64,000 nucleotides of DNA from an uncultured Chitinophagaceae bacterium (GCA_903904335.1 CAIVCF010000153.1:13070-77069), one strand, 5' to 3'; counted from the stretch's first letter, positions 38,026 to 48,149 are shown. Notes: generated from the letters alone by a model not told the origin. Numbers and translations: made by a program.

Positions 38026-39465
38026 ATGAGATATTGTTGCGCTGTTTTATTAAGTATTTTTTTTCTGCAGGATGTTGTTGCGCAATCTGTCGAAAGCGTC
38101 GATTCAGTTCATAAGCCAATTGTTTCAAATATGCTTCCTCAAAAAAATGAGGAAATGTATGTTATTGCCGATGTTGTTATAACAGGTAATAAAAAAACAA
38201 AAGGGTATATCATTATCAGGGAAACTACTTTTAAAAAAGGAGATCATATTGCTGCACCAGACCTGACAAAAAGATTGATCGAATCAAAACAACTGATCTA
38301 TAACACAGGTTTATTTGTGGATGATTCTGTATATGTCTCACAGCAAAAAGGGAATGAGGTTTTTATTAATATTGATGTAAAAGAACGATGGTATTTTTTC
38401 CCTTTACCTTATTTTGTGTTGGTCGACAGGAACTTTAATCAATGGTGGGTACAGGAGAATAGAAGTTTGGAAAGAGTAAACTATGGCATTAAATTCACAC
38501 AGAATAATTTCAGCGGTCAAGATGATAATCTGAATATTTGGCTCATCAATGGATATAACCAGCAAATAACATTACGATACGGTCTTCCGTTTATTGACAA
38601 AAAATTGACTCAGGGATTTAATGTGGGATTTACATATTCAAGGCAACGAGAATTAAATTATGCAACAAGTAGCAACAACAAACAATTATTCTACGACCAG
38701 CCGGATGGTTTTGCAAAAAACATAGCAAGATTTGATCTGACTTACTCATTCCGTCCTGATCAAAGAATCAGGCATTTATTCCGTATTGCTTATACTAGTG
38801 AATCAGTTTCAGATAGTATCATAAAACTTAACCCGCTGTATTATCCTAACAGCTTGAACAATATCAAATATCTTGATTTTACTTATTCTTTCAGGTATTA
38901 CAACAACGACTATAATGCTTATCCCACAAAAGGTGTTTTTGGGGAAGCATATATTTATAAAAGGGGCTTAGATAATATTACCAACTTATGGCAGGTTGGT
39001 GTTCATGGATTATATGCAAAACCTATTTTGCCTAAAACCTTTTTTCGTATTGAAGGAGCACTGTCAGTTAAATTCCCGTCAACGAACTATTTCATCAACC
39101 AGCCTTTATTTGGTTACGGGTATTACACATTACGCGGAATGGAATATTATGTTGTGGATGGAACGACTGGTGCATTGGGGAAGTTTACATTGTACAGAGA
39201 ATTGTTTAAATATATTTATAAAACACCTTTTCATACAAAAACACACGATAAAATCCCCTTCAGGGTTTATATGAAAGCGTATAGCGATGTGGGCTATAGC
39301 TACAGCCCTGGTATAAATAATAATCTCTTCAATAATAAACTAATGTACACATGGGGCGCAGGCTTTGATGTGGTTTCTATTTATGATCTTGTATTCCGTT
39401 TCGAATACAGCTTCAATCAACTCGGAGAGAATGGATTATATTTACATGCCAGCAGTGGTTTTTAA
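38026..39465 (+). CDS. BamA/TamA (Omp85) family outer membrane protein, single POTRA-like domain
   Basis: Signal peptide. POTRA-like VITGNKKTKGYIIIRETTFKKGD...INIDVKERW. A beta-barrel rich in alternating aromatic residues ends in F. Confidence 0.7.
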   Translation: MRYCCAVLLSIFFLQDVVAQSVESVDSVHKPIVSNMLPQKNEEMYVIADVVITGNKKTKGYIIIRETTFKKGDHIAAPDLTKRLIESKQLIYNTGLFVDDSVYVSQQKGNEVFINIDVKERWYFFPLPYFVLVDRNFNQWWVQENRSLERVNYGIKFTQNNFSGQDDNLNIWLINGYNQQITLRYGLPFIDKKLTQGFNVGFTYSRQRELNYATSSNNKQLFYDQPDGFAKNIARFDLTYSFRPDQRIRHLFRIAYTSESVSDSIIKLNPLYYPNSLNNIKYLDFTYSFRYYNNDYNAYPTKGVFGEAYIYKRGLDNITNLWQVGVHGLYAKPILPKTFFRIEGALSVKFPSTNYFINQPLFGYGYYTLRGMEYYVVDGTTGALGKFTLYRELFKYIYKTPFHTKTHDKIPFRVYMKAYSDVGYSYSPGINNNLFNNKLMYTWGAGFDVVSIYDLVFRFEYSFNQLGENGLYLHASSGF

Positions 39466-39514
39466 AATTATAATACATATCTTTTTTCAATAAACAGAAA
39501 TGTAAATCAGAATA

Positions 39515-40393
39515 ATGAAAGTAGCGATATACAGCAGAGGATTAGATGCAGAGCAAGGCAGCTCTTTACAAGCTTTGCTGGAAGAACTCGCCATCCATAA
39601 AATTCAGGTATTCATTTATCATGCCTTATTAGATCAGTTTTCTTTGCCTCAACACTTAACGCAACAACTCACAACATTTCAGTTAGCTGAAGATCTGGAT
39701 AAAGATGTAGAATGTTTGATAGGAATTGGCGGAGACGGGACAATCTTAGATGCCGTAACCATTGTGAAAGACAGCAATATTCCAATATTGGGTATCAATT
39801 TCGGAAGATTGGGTTTTTTGGCAAGTATCAGTCGCGACGAATTATCAATTGCAGTAGATGCATTGGTGAACAGAACATTTATTGTTGATAAAAGAAGTTT
39901 GATACATGTGGACGCCAATCAGCCTTTATTCGGCAATGCACCTTTTGCATTAAACGAATTTGCGATTCACAAAAGAGATACCTCGCCGATGATTAAAGTA
40001 CATACTTATCTCAACGGAGAGTTTTTAAACACCTATTGGGCGGATGGTCTGATTGTATCTACTCCAACCGGTTCTACGGGATATAATATGAGTTGTAACG
40101 GACCTATATTATTTCCTGAATCATCCAGTTTTGTGATTACGCCGGTTGCTCCGCATAATCTGAATGTCAGGTCTATTGTTGTGGCAGATGACAGTGTTAT
40201 TTCTTTTGAAGTGGAAGGAAGATCAGACCAGTTTATATGTGTACTGGATTCAAGAAGAGAAATTGTTGATATCAATATACAGTTAGCAGTTAAAAAAGAA
40301 AAATTTTCAGTTAATCTAATCCGATTGAATGAAAACAGTTTTCTCTCAACACTAAGAACCAAATTAACATGGGGATTAGACAAGAGAAATTAA
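39515..40393 (+). CDS. nadK: NAD kinase
   Basis: GGDGT motif (IGIGGDGTILDA), NxGxLGFL (INFGRLGFLA), TPTGSTGYN. Confidence 0.92.
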   Translation: MKVAIYSRGLDAEQGSSLQALLEELAIHKIQVFIYHALLDQFSLPQHLTQQLTTFQLAEDLDKDVECLIGIGGDGTILDAVTIVKDSNIPILGINFGRLGFLASISRDELSIAVDALVNRTFIVDKRSLIHVDANQPLFGNAPFALNEFAIHKRDTSPMIKVHTYLNGEFLNTYWADGLIVSTPTGSTGYNMSCNGPILFPESSSFVITPVAPHNLNVRSIVVADDSVISFEVEGRSDQFICVLDSRREIVDINIQLAVKKEKFSVNLIRLNENSFLSTLRTKLTWGLDKRN

Positions 40394-40449
40394 CTTTTTA
40401 GCTATCTGTAAAAATTTCACCTTTATTGCAGCAAAACGCAGCGCTGAAT

Positions 40450-41295
40450 ATGTTTAAAAAACTGAGTTATACCATCTCATTTCTTTTTGTACTATTTGCA
40501 GTGCAGGCACAGCGTACAGAAAGTTTTGTGCATGCCGGTGAAATTGGTATTTCAATGGGCGCTGGAACTTATTTTGGCGATCTGAACACAACTACCAACA
40601 TCAGCCATCCAAAATTTGCAGCCGGCGGATTTTACAGAAAACAATACAACAATTATATCGGATTTAAAATTTCGGGTAATTATGCATTTCTCGCTTATTC
40701 AGATGTGTATAGCCAAAACCCTGTACAGAAGCGGCGTAATCTCAGTTTCAATACAAATGTTTGGGAACTAAGCGTAAGCGGCGATTTTAATTTTTTCAAA
40801 TTCTATCCTGGTTTTCCTGAGTATAGCTTTACTCCGTATGTGAGTCTTGGCATCGGGGCTTTTTCATTTGATCCATATGCTTATTTAAACGGACAAAAAT
40901 ATTATCTGCGAAATATCGGAACCGAAGGTCAGGGAAGTCCGTTGTATCCGGGTTTTGCACCCTATAAAAATGTGGCTATTTGTATCCCTATTGGAATAGG
41001 ATTCAAAAAAGCATTGAATGAACGCATTAATTTTTTTGGTGAACTATCTTATCGTTTTACGACAACAAAATATCTTGACGATGTAAGCGGCACTTATGCA
41101 CCTGATGCATTCCCGCCCGATGCAAATGGTAATCCTTCAGTCGGTTTTTTATTACAAGACAGAAGCTATGAAACCGGAACGGCCATTGGTGTAAAAGGCA
41201 GACAAAGAGGCAATGGCCAATATGATTCTTACGTAACCCTTCAATTTGGCATTTCATTTAATATCCAATCCTATCGCTGCCCTACTTCCAAGTAA
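40450..41295 (+). CDS. DUF6089 family outer-membrane beta-barrel protein
   Basis: Signal peptide and an alternating beta-strand pattern. Sits in the conserved Bacteroidota position upstream of uppS. ATG at 40450. Confidence 0.55.
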   Translation: MFKKLSYTISFLFVLFAVQAQRTESFVHAGEIGISMGAGTYFGDLNTTTNISHPKFAAGGFYRKQYNNYIGFKISGNYAFLAYSDVYSQNPVQKRRNLSFNTNVWELSVSGDFNFFKFYPGFPEYSFTPYVSLGIGAFSFDPYAYLNGQKYYLRNIGTEGQGSPLYPGFAPYKNVAICIPIGIGFKKALNERINFFGELSYRFTTTKYLDDVSGTYAPDAFPPDANGNPSVGFLLQDRSYETGTAIGVKGRQRGNGQYDSYVTLQFGISFNIQSYRCPTSK

Positions 41296-41360
41296 ATCAG
41301 GTTTCTTCCGATAAACGATATGCTTTTACTATTTTTGCGCAACAAAAGGCAGAATTATAC

Positions 41361-42125
41361 ATGCGGCCATTGATTGAACAAATTGATAAAACACGTCTAC
41401 CCAAACATATTGCCATTATCATGGATGGTAATGGAAGATGGGCTGAAGAAAAGGGGCAGGAACGTTTGTATGGTCATTTTCACGGCGTAGAAAGTGTTCG
41501 AAACATAGTAGAAGGCTGTGCCGAATTGGGTGTTGAATACCTTACATTATATGCTTTCAGCAATGAAAATTGGGATCGCCCAAGAACCGAGGTTGATGGA
41601 TTGATGGCATTATTGGTCGATACCATCAGAAAAGAAGTTCCCATTCTTAATAAAAATAATATCAGGATGCACATGATCGGTAATATGGAGATGTTGCCAG
41701 ATTCTGCGCAAAAAGCCTTACAAGAAGCAATAGCATTAACAGGTCACAATACCGGGCTGAACCTTATAATGGCATTGAGTTACAGCAGCAGATGGGAATT
41801 GGTGAATGCCGTAAAGAAAATTGGAATGGATGTTAAAGCAGGCAGGATAGATCCTGAAACAATTGATCAAAATACCGTAGAACATTATCTTACAACGAGT
41901 AATTTCCCTGATCCTGAATTGATGATCCGCACCAGCGGGGAGTACAGGATCAGTAATTTTTTATTATATCAGTTGGCGTATGCGGAACTTTATTTCACCA
42001 ATACACGATGGCCCGATTTCAGAAAAGAAAATTTATATGAGGCCATTATTGACTTCCAATTCCGAGAAAGGCGCTTTGGAAAAACAGGAAAACAAATACA
42101 AAAAGAGGCACATTTAACCTCCTGA
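41361..42125 (+). CDS. uppS: isoprenyl transferase (undecaprenyl diphosphate synthase)
   Basis: HIAIIMDGNGRWA, LTLYAFSNENW, IRTSGEYRISNFLLYQLAYAELYF. Confidence 0.95.
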   Translation: MRPLIEQIDKTRLPKHIAIIMDGNGRWAEEKGQERLYGHFHGVESVRNIVEGCAELGVEYLTLYAFSNENWDRPRTEVDGLMALLVDTIRKEVPILNKNNIRMHMIGNMEMLPDSAQKALQEAIALTGHNTGLNLIMALSYSSRWELVNAVKKIGMDVKAGRIDPETIDQNTVEHYLTTSNFPDPELMIRTSGEYRISNFLLYQLAYAELYFTNTRWPDFRKENLYEAIIDFQFRERRFGKTGKQIQKEAHLTS

Positions 42126-42271
42126 CAGCAGATATTCAACCACGTTGAGTTGATTTAACAAAGACTTTTAAATATTCCGCTTTAATTTGCCCAACTTAAA
42201 TGCTAAAACAACTGTTGAAAGCCGCTAACCATGCATTCCTTTCAGCAATAATATTTATAAACCCCAACCGG

Positions 42272-45016
42272 ATGCAGAAAGTGTACAAATTTTTAGTGCT
42301 GGTTTTCGTTTCAAGCTTGGTTAGTTCGTTGGTGTACTCGCAGGAAAAAACTTCTGACACAACTATCACATCTATTGAGGCAGATCTTGTTAATATCTTG
42401 AATCAAAAAATCCCAAAAAAATATAAGATCGCAGCTATCACAGTTGTAGGTAATAAATATTTTGATGAGAACCTTTTGTTGTCAATCGCTTCCATTAACG
42501 TGGGGGATGAAATTACAATTCCGGGCGGCGATAATATTTCAAAATCGATCAATAAGCTTTGGCAACAAAATTATTTCAGTAATGTGCAGGTATATTTTAC
42601 AAAAATTGAAGGCAAAAATATCAGCCTGGAAATTGATGTAACAGAAAGACCGCGACTGGGAAAATTTTATTTTAAAGGAATTCGTAAAGGCGAAAGTGAT
42701 GATCTTTTGGGTAAAGCAGGATTGGTTTCAGGCCGTGTAGTTACCGAAAACATGAAACGCTCAACGGTTGAAGCAATCAATAAATATTATGCTGAGAAAG
42801 GGTTTCAAAACATTACAGTAAAGATTGATGAAAAGAAAGACAGTTCCATCAATAATTCTGTTACCGTTACTTTTAATATTGATAAAGGCACAAAAGTGCG
42901 CATCAACAATATCAACATTGTAGGAAATACTGTTGCTGAATCTAAAATAAAAAAGCAATTAAAAGGAACCAAAGAACAAACACGGTTAACACTTTATCCC
43001 CCAGAAGACTTCGGTGGTTTTGTTCCTCCACATAAATACAGTTTTGATGATTATTTGCAAGACCGCGGGTATCTTACTTACACATATACAAAACAGCTAC
43101 TGAGACCGTATGTACGTATGAATTTATTTTCATCCGCTAAATTCAGTGATAAAAAATATACAGAAGACAAGGAAAAAATATTAGACTATTACAATTCATT
43201 GGGTTATCGTGATGCCGTTATTGAAAGAGATACGGTATATCATAATCCGCAGGGAGCTTTGAACATTGACCTTAAAATGAATGAGGGTCATAAATACCGT
43301 TTTGGAAATATCAGTTGGAGAGGAAATACGAAATATCCTGATTCTCTGTTAAGCACCATTCTCGGAATCAGAAAAGGTGATACCTATAATTTAGAATTGC
43401 TGAATAAAAGATTAGGTAAAGGTGGCGGCCCTCCAGAGGGCGGTGATGTGAACGGTTTGTATATGGACGATGGCTATTTATTTTTCAGGACCGATCCTGT
43501 TGAAACAGCTGTATATAATGATACGATCGACTTTGAAATAAGAATTGTTGAAGGTCCGCAGGCCACCATCAAAAATGTTCGTATTGCAGGTAATGAAAAA
43601 ACAAAGGAGTATGTGATCAGAAGAGAGATCAGAACTATCCCGGGAGAAAAATTCAGCAGGCAGGATCTGATGCGTTCTATTCGTGAGATCGGACAATTGA
43701 ATTTCTTCAATCAGGAAAAAATCACCCCAACTCCTGTTCCCAATCCCGAAGACGGAACTGTTGATATTAATTATTCAGTAGAAGAAAAATCGAGTGATCA
43801 GTTAGAGCTCAGTGCAGGCTGGGGTGGAACAATCGGCTTAACCGGAACAGTAGGTATTACCTTCAATAATTTCTCTGCAAGAAATTTGTTCAAAAAAGAT
43901 GCATGGGATCCGCTACCGATGGGTGATGGTCAAAAAGTGAGTTTCCGAATTCAAAGTAATGGTAAAGCCTTCCGGTCGTATAATTTTTCTTTTACCGAAC
44001 CTTGGTTAGGCGGCAAAAAAAGAAATTCATTTACGTTTTCTATATACGATACAAAATATTCCAATGCATACAATCCTGCAACAGGAACATATTCGAGTTC
44101 TGCAGCCAACAATTCTTATTTAAGAACAACGGGTACAACAGTCAGTCTGGGTAAACAATTAAACTGGCCTGATAACTATTTCTCCGGATCTGTTGGTGTA
44201 AGTTATGTACGGTATCAGTTAGTGAATTATTATATCAGTCCAATTGGCTTACCCGGTTTTAATAACGGGTTCTCCAATAACTTCAGTTTAAAATTTGCAG
44301 TACAACGTTCTTCTGTAATGGGAACAACATTTCCGACGGGTGGCTCTAATTTTTTATTAAGTCTTCAGATAACACCTCCATATTCTCTGATAAACCCGGA
44401 TGTAGTAAACACGGCAAATCCATATACATGGATCGAATATCATAAATGGCGCTTTAACAGCGAATGGTATGTGCCGTTAACTAATTTTTCGGGAGCAGAA
44501 CATAATAAAGCCTTGATATTAAAAGTCGCAGCGAAGTTTGGTTTTTTGGGAAGGTTTAATCCCAAACTCGAAATATCTCCATTCGAACGGTATCAGTTAG
44601 GCGATGCAGGTTTAAGTAACCAATATGCTTTATTAGGATATGATATCATTTCACAAAGGGGTTACCCTGTATATCAAACCTCTGATGTAAAAATAAACCC
44701 TGATCAATCAGGAGCAAGTCAATATTTCACTATGTTTAATAAATATGTGATGGAGTTGCGTTATCCCTTAAGTCTTAATCCAAGCAGCACTATTTATGGT
44801 TTAGCATTTTTTGAAGCAGCAAATGGTTGGTATGACATTAAACAATATAATCCATTTTTGCTGAGGCGCTCAGTAGGCTTAGGAATGCGATTTTTTCTGC
44901 CAATGTTTGGTTTACTGGGATTTGATTATGGTATAGGATTAGACAGGATACAGCCCGGAGTGCCTCTAAAAAATGCATCTAAATTTACATTTATGTTAGG
45001 CTTTGAACCGGAATAA
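42272..45016 (+). CDS. bamA: outer membrane protein assembly factor BamA
   Basis: Signal peptide from MQKVYKFLVLVF, multiple POTRA repeats, and a C-terminal Omp85 barrel. Conserved uppS-bamA-skp context. The track ORF starts at 42200. Confidence 0.9.
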   Translation: MQKVYKFLVLVFVSSLVSSLVYSQEKTSDTTITSIEADLVNILNQKIPKKYKIAAITVVGNKYFDENLLLSIASINVGDEITIPGGDNISKSINKLWQQNYFSNVQVYFTKIEGKNISLEIDVTERPRLGKFYFKGIRKGESDDLLGKAGLVSGRVVTENMKRSTVEAINKYYAEKGFQNITVKIDEKKDSSINNSVTVTFNIDKGTKVRINNINIVGNTVAESKIKKQLKGTKEQTRLTLYPPEDFGGFVPPHKYSFDDYLQDRGYLTYTYTKQLLRPYVRMNLFSSAKFSDKKYTEDKEKILDYYNSLGYRDAVIERDTVYHNPQGALNIDLKMNEGHKYRFGNISWRGNTKYPDSLLSTILGIRKGDTYNLELLNKRLGKGGGPPEGGDVNGLYMDDGYLFFRTDPVETAVYNDTIDFEIRIVEGPQATIKNVRIAGNEKTKEYVIRREIRTIPGEKFSRQDLMRSIREIGQLNFFNQEKITPTPVPNPEDGTVDINYSVEEKSSDQLELSAGWGGTIGLTGTVGITFNNFSARNLFKKDAWDPLPMGDGQKVSFRIQSNGKAFRSYNFSFTEPWLGGKKRNSFTFSIYDTKYSNAYNPATGTYSSSAANNSYLRTTGTTVSLGKQLNWPDNYFSGSVGVSYVRYQLVNYYISPIGLPGFNNGFSNNFSLKFAVQRSSVMGTTFPTGGSNFLLSLQITPPYSLINPDVVNTANPYTWIEYHKWRFNSEWYVPLTNFSGAEHNKALILKVAAKFGFLGRFNPKLEISPFERYQLGDAGLSNQYALLGYDIISQRGYPVYQTSDVKINPDQSGASQYFTMFNKYVMELRYPLSLNPSSTIYGLAFFEAANGWYDIKQYNPFLLRRSVGLGMRFFLPMFGLLGFDYGIGLDRIQPGVPLKNASKFTFMLGFEPE

Positions 45017-45043
45017 TATCTTATCCTCATTAATAATTTCCGT

Positions 45044-45559
45044 ATGAAAAAAATTATTCTGTTCACTTACATCATGTTCATTGTTGCAGGTGAATGTATT
45101 GCACAACAATATGCTGTAATTGATACAAAATACATTTTGGATAAAATCCCGGAGTATAAGGATGCGGATAAAAAACTGAAAGACATTTCTTCGCAATGGC
45201 AAAAAGAAATTGATGATAAACAAGCCGAATTAGACAGGATGTACAAAAATTATGATGCAGAACAGTTTATGCTGAGTGAAGAGTTGAAGAAAAAGAGAGA
45301 GACAGAGCTATTTAATAAAGAAAAAGAAGTGAGAGAATTGCAGAAAAGGAGATTTGGGTATGAAGGCGATCTTTTTAAAGAAAGGCAAAGATTGGTAAAG
45401 CCTGTGCAGGATAAAGTGTATAATGCCATTCAAAAAATTGCAGTAGCCCGTTCTTACAATTTTGTACTCGATAAAAGTGAAGGAATTACCGTTATATTTG
45501 CCGACCCGAAATTGGACAAAAGCGATGACGTGCTTAAAGAATTAGGGATCAAGAACTAA
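45044..45559 (+). CDS. OmpH/Skp family periplasmic chaperone
   Basis: Signal peptide, coiled-coil KE-rich centre, and position after bamA. Confidence 0.85.
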   Translation: MKKIILFTYIMFIVAGECIAQQYAVIDTKYILDKIPEYKDADKKLKDISSQWQKEIDDKQAELDRMYKNYDAEQFMLSEELKKKRETELFNKEKEVRELQKRRFGYEGDLFKERQRLVKPVQDKVYNAIQKIAVARSYNFVLDKSEGITVIFADPKLDKSDDVLKELGIKN

Positions 45560-45589
45560 ACCAACCATCAACAAAATAAAAAAACGACA

Positions 45590-46213
45590 ATGAAAAAATT
45601 TTTAGTAGTGTGTGTGGCTTTTACAGTAAGCCTTGTTTTTTCAAACAGCACTAAAGCGCAGCAAATAAAAATCGGTGTATTTGATGAAGAAAGTGTGTTA
45701 GGATTGTTTCCTGACATTCAGAAAGTACAAACAGCATTGGATCAATATGCGCAGGATTCTTTGAAGACAGAGTACGATTATGAATTAAGTGAATTCAAAC
45801 GTAAGGATAGTGTGTATAAGAAAGATTCTGCTACCATGCCAGGCGGTGTTAGAGCCATCATGCAAAAAGAAATTGCTGCTCATTATAATAAAATTATAAA
45901 CTGGCAACAATATCAGCAACAAGCATTACAGGCAAAGCAAAATCAGTTATTGCAACCTTATTTGGAAAAAGTCTATGCGGCATTTCAGGAAGTTGTTGCT
46001 GAACAAAAATATACCTGGGTGTTAAAGAAAGAAGCTTGCGTGATTCCCGGCGGATTGGGAGATAATATTTCTATTAAAGTAGCTCAGAAATTAAAATTGA
46101 CTTTGCCTAAAGAAGTTACCGATGCTTTAAAAGCACAGGGATTACCTGTAGGCACAACCGATACAGGTACAAAACCATCTGCACCTGCTACAAAGCCTGC
46201 TGTTAAACATTAA
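45590..46213 (+). CDS. OmpH/Skp family periplasmic chaperone (second copy)
   Basis: Signal peptide and Q-rich coiled coil. Tandem with the first skp, as is usual in Bacteroidota. Confidence 0.8.
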   Translation: MKKFLVVCVAFTVSLVFSNSTKAQQIKIGVFDEESVLGLFPDIQKVQTALDQYAQDSLKTEYDYELSEFKRKDSVYKKDSATMPGGVRAIMQKEIAAHYNKIINWQQYQQQALQAKQNQLLQPYLEKVYAAFQEVVAEQKYTWVLKKEACVIPGGLGDNISIKVAQKLKLTLPKEVTDALKAQGLPVGTTDTGTKPSAPATKPAVKH

Positions 46214-46233
46214 TTGATACATTATTTTGAATA

Positions 46234-46273
46234 AAGAACCATCCTGCATTTCGCAGGATGGTTCTTATTTTTG
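46234..46273 (+). terminator. strong rho-independent terminator after the skp pair
   Basis: Perfect 14-bp stem aagaaccatcctgc / gcaggatggttctt with loop atttc, then a T-run. Confidence 0.8.
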
Positions 46274-46277
46274 TGAC

Positions 46278-47111
46278 ATGCAAGTGAAAGGTCCGATTGG
46301 CGTTTTTGACAGCGGTTATGGTGGATTAACTGTTTTAAAAGAAATAGTCGATAAACTTCCGCAATACGATTATTTGTATTTGGGAGATAATGCCCGAGCG
46401 CCATATGGTTCTCGTAGTTTTGAAACTGTCTATCAATATACATTACAATGTGTAGAATGGTTTTTTAAACAAGGTTGTTCGCTGGTAATATTGGCGTGTA
46501 ATACTGCATCTGCAAAAGCTTTGAGGACAATTCAGCAAAATGACCTTCCAAAAATCGATGCAACAAAAAGAGTATTGGGTGTTATTAGACCAACTACGGA
46601 GATCATTGGAAAATTCTCTGAAACAAATCATGTAGGTATTTTGGGAACAACGGGAACGGTTGTATCAGAATCTTATCCGATCGAGATCGCTAAATTTTTC
46701 CCTGAAGTAAAAGTATATCAGGAAGCTTGCCCCATCTGGGTTCCATTGATCGAGACAAATGAACATTTATCGAAAGGTGCTGATCATTTTGTAAAAAAAC
46801 ATTTAGATCATTTAATGCACCAATCAGAGAAAATAGACACCATTTTATTGGCTTGCACGCATTATCCTTTATTGATAGATAAAATAAAAGAGTATACACC
46901 TGTTGGAACAACGATAGTTTCGCAGGGAGAAATTGTTGCAAATGGATTAAAAAATTATTTAACTCGTCATCCCGAAATGGAAGAAAGATGCAGTAAACAG
47001 CAACGAATTGAATTTTATACAACCGATTCTGTTGCTGATTTTGATAAACATGCAGAAGTTTTTTTTGGGAAGAAAATTGCATCTAAACACCTTGATTTAT
47101 CAGCTCAATAG
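46278..47111 (+). CDS. murI: glutamate racemase
   Basis: IGVFDSGYGGLTV, LACNTAS, LACTHYP catalytic Cys motifs. ATG at 46278 was chosen because the longer track ORF (46227) runs through the terminator hairpin. Confidence 0.93.
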   Translation: MQVKGPIGVFDSGYGGLTVLKEIVDKLPQYDYLYLGDNARAPYGSRSFETVYQYTLQCVEWFFKQGCSLVILACNTASAKALRTIQQNDLPKIDATKRVLGVIRPTTEIIGKFSETNHVGILGTTGTVVSESYPIEIAKFFPEVKVYQEACPIWVPLIETNEHLSKGADHFVKKHLDHLMHQSEKIDTILLACTHYPLLIDKIKEYTPVGTTIVSQGEIVANGLKNYLTRHPEMEERCSKQQRIEFYTTDSVADFDKHAEVFFGKKIASKHLDLSAQ

Positions 47112-47123
47112 CGATAAAATCGT

Positions 47124-47143
47124 ACAAGAGTGCGACGCAACGA
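47124..47143 (-). repeat. inverted copy of the intergenic repeat core
   Basis: The reverse complement, tcgttgcgtcgcactcttgt, is identical to 22761-22780. Lies 12 nt after the murI stop. Confidence 0.7.
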
Positions 47144-47306
47144 GTGCTAAATTATTATTTTACAGCTTGAAACACAAAAATTCTGGCTCAAATCTTTCAA
47201 AAATTAAGTTCAAGTCCTTACCTTCGCCGTCCTTTCACAAAACTGTGGCATGGTGGCCGCCGTTGAAGTTGAAATCATATTATCGGGTTAGTAAAATAAA
47301 ATTATC

Positions 47307-47462
47307 ATGAAACGTACATTTCAACCGCATACACGTCGTCGTAAATCTGTTCACGGATTCCGTAAACGTATGCAAACTGCCAATGGCCGCAAGGTATTAG
47401 CCAGCCGCAGAGCGAAGGGCCGTAAGAAATTAACTATTTCTGACGAGAAAGGATTAAAATAA
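47307..47462 (+). CDS. rpmH: 50S ribosomal protein L34
   Basis: Hand translation: [51 protein letters not shown] (51 aa). Too short for the ORF track. Precedes rnpA, as is usual. Confidence 0.95.
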   Translation: MKRTFQPHTRRRKSVHGFRKRMQTANGRKVLASRRAKGRKKLTISDEKGLK

Positions 47463-47490
47463 TAATCGGGCTCTGTCCGCAAAAATATTT

Positions 47491-47518
47491 AGCCTCATCT
47501 TTTGGTGGGGCTTTTTTA
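47491..47518 (+). terminator. rho-independent terminator/attenuator after rpmH
   Basis: agcctca / tggggct stem (one G-U pair) followed by T6. Confidence 0.55.
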
Positions 47519-47536
47519 GTTTTATAGATTTAGTTG

Positions 47537-47944
47537 ATGGCAAAGTTGTTTTCATATCAATCAAAGGAAAAATTAAAGAGTCGCAAATTGATGGACCAAT
47601 TGTTTACAGTTGGCAAATCTGTTTCTGTTTTTCCGATGAAAGTATTTTATAACGAAGTGGATATTGATCTTGATTTTCCTGTAAAAGTTGGTGTGGGAGT
47701 GAGCAGCAGAAATTTTAAAAAAGCTGTTGACAGAAACAAAATTAAAAGATTGTTGCGTGAAGCATATCGGTTAAACAAACAGCCTTTGATTGAATTTGCA
47801 TCATCAAAAAATAAAAAGGTTATTTTATTTTTTTTATATGTAGAAAAGAGGTTACCAGATCTTGAAACCTTGCAAAATAAATTGCCGATGGTAATTGATA
47901 AACTGATAAAACAGTTGAATGAAAATTCTGTTGCAAATACTTAG
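47537..47944 (+). CDS. rnpA: ribonuclease P protein component
   Basis: [18 protein letters not shown] is the RNase P protein RNR-type motif. Lies downstream of rpmH. Confidence 0.9.
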   Translation: MAKLFSYQSKEKLKSRKLMDQLFTVGKSVSVFPMKVFYNEVDIDLDFPVKVGVGVSSRNFKKAVDRNKIKRLLREAYRLNKQPLIEFASSKNKKVILFFLYVEKRLPDLETLQNKLPMVIDKLIKQLNENSVANT

Positions 47945-48149
47945 TTATCCTTTCATACTGCTGATAAAATTTTATCAGTATGTGATTTCTCCTGCCATTG
48001 GACCAAAATGCAGATACACACCAACCTGCTCGCAATATGCCATTGAAGCTTTAAAAAAATATGGATTGTTCAAAGGCGGATGGTTAGCCGCAAAACGAAT
48101 AACATCCTGTCATCCCTGGGGCGGACATGGGCACGATCCTGTGCCATAA
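47919..48149 (+). CDS. yidD: membrane protein insertion efficiency factor YidD
   Basis: [45 protein letters not shown]. Overlaps the rnpA 3' end by 26 nt. Confidence 0.92.
   Translation: MKILLQILSYPFILLIKFYQYVISPAIGPKCRYTPTCSQYAIEALKKYGLFKGGWLAAKRITSCHPWGGHGHDPVP

Noticed and set aside
46227-46277. N-terminal extension of the murI ORF in the track. The same issue affects the extensions at 60702-60827, 49538-49660, 30847-30924, 42200-42271 and 7664-7768.
   Set aside because: The extensions run through a terminator hairpin or the upstream gene, or encode non-homologous hydrophobic read-through. Internal ATGs give proteins of canonical length or with proper signal peptides.
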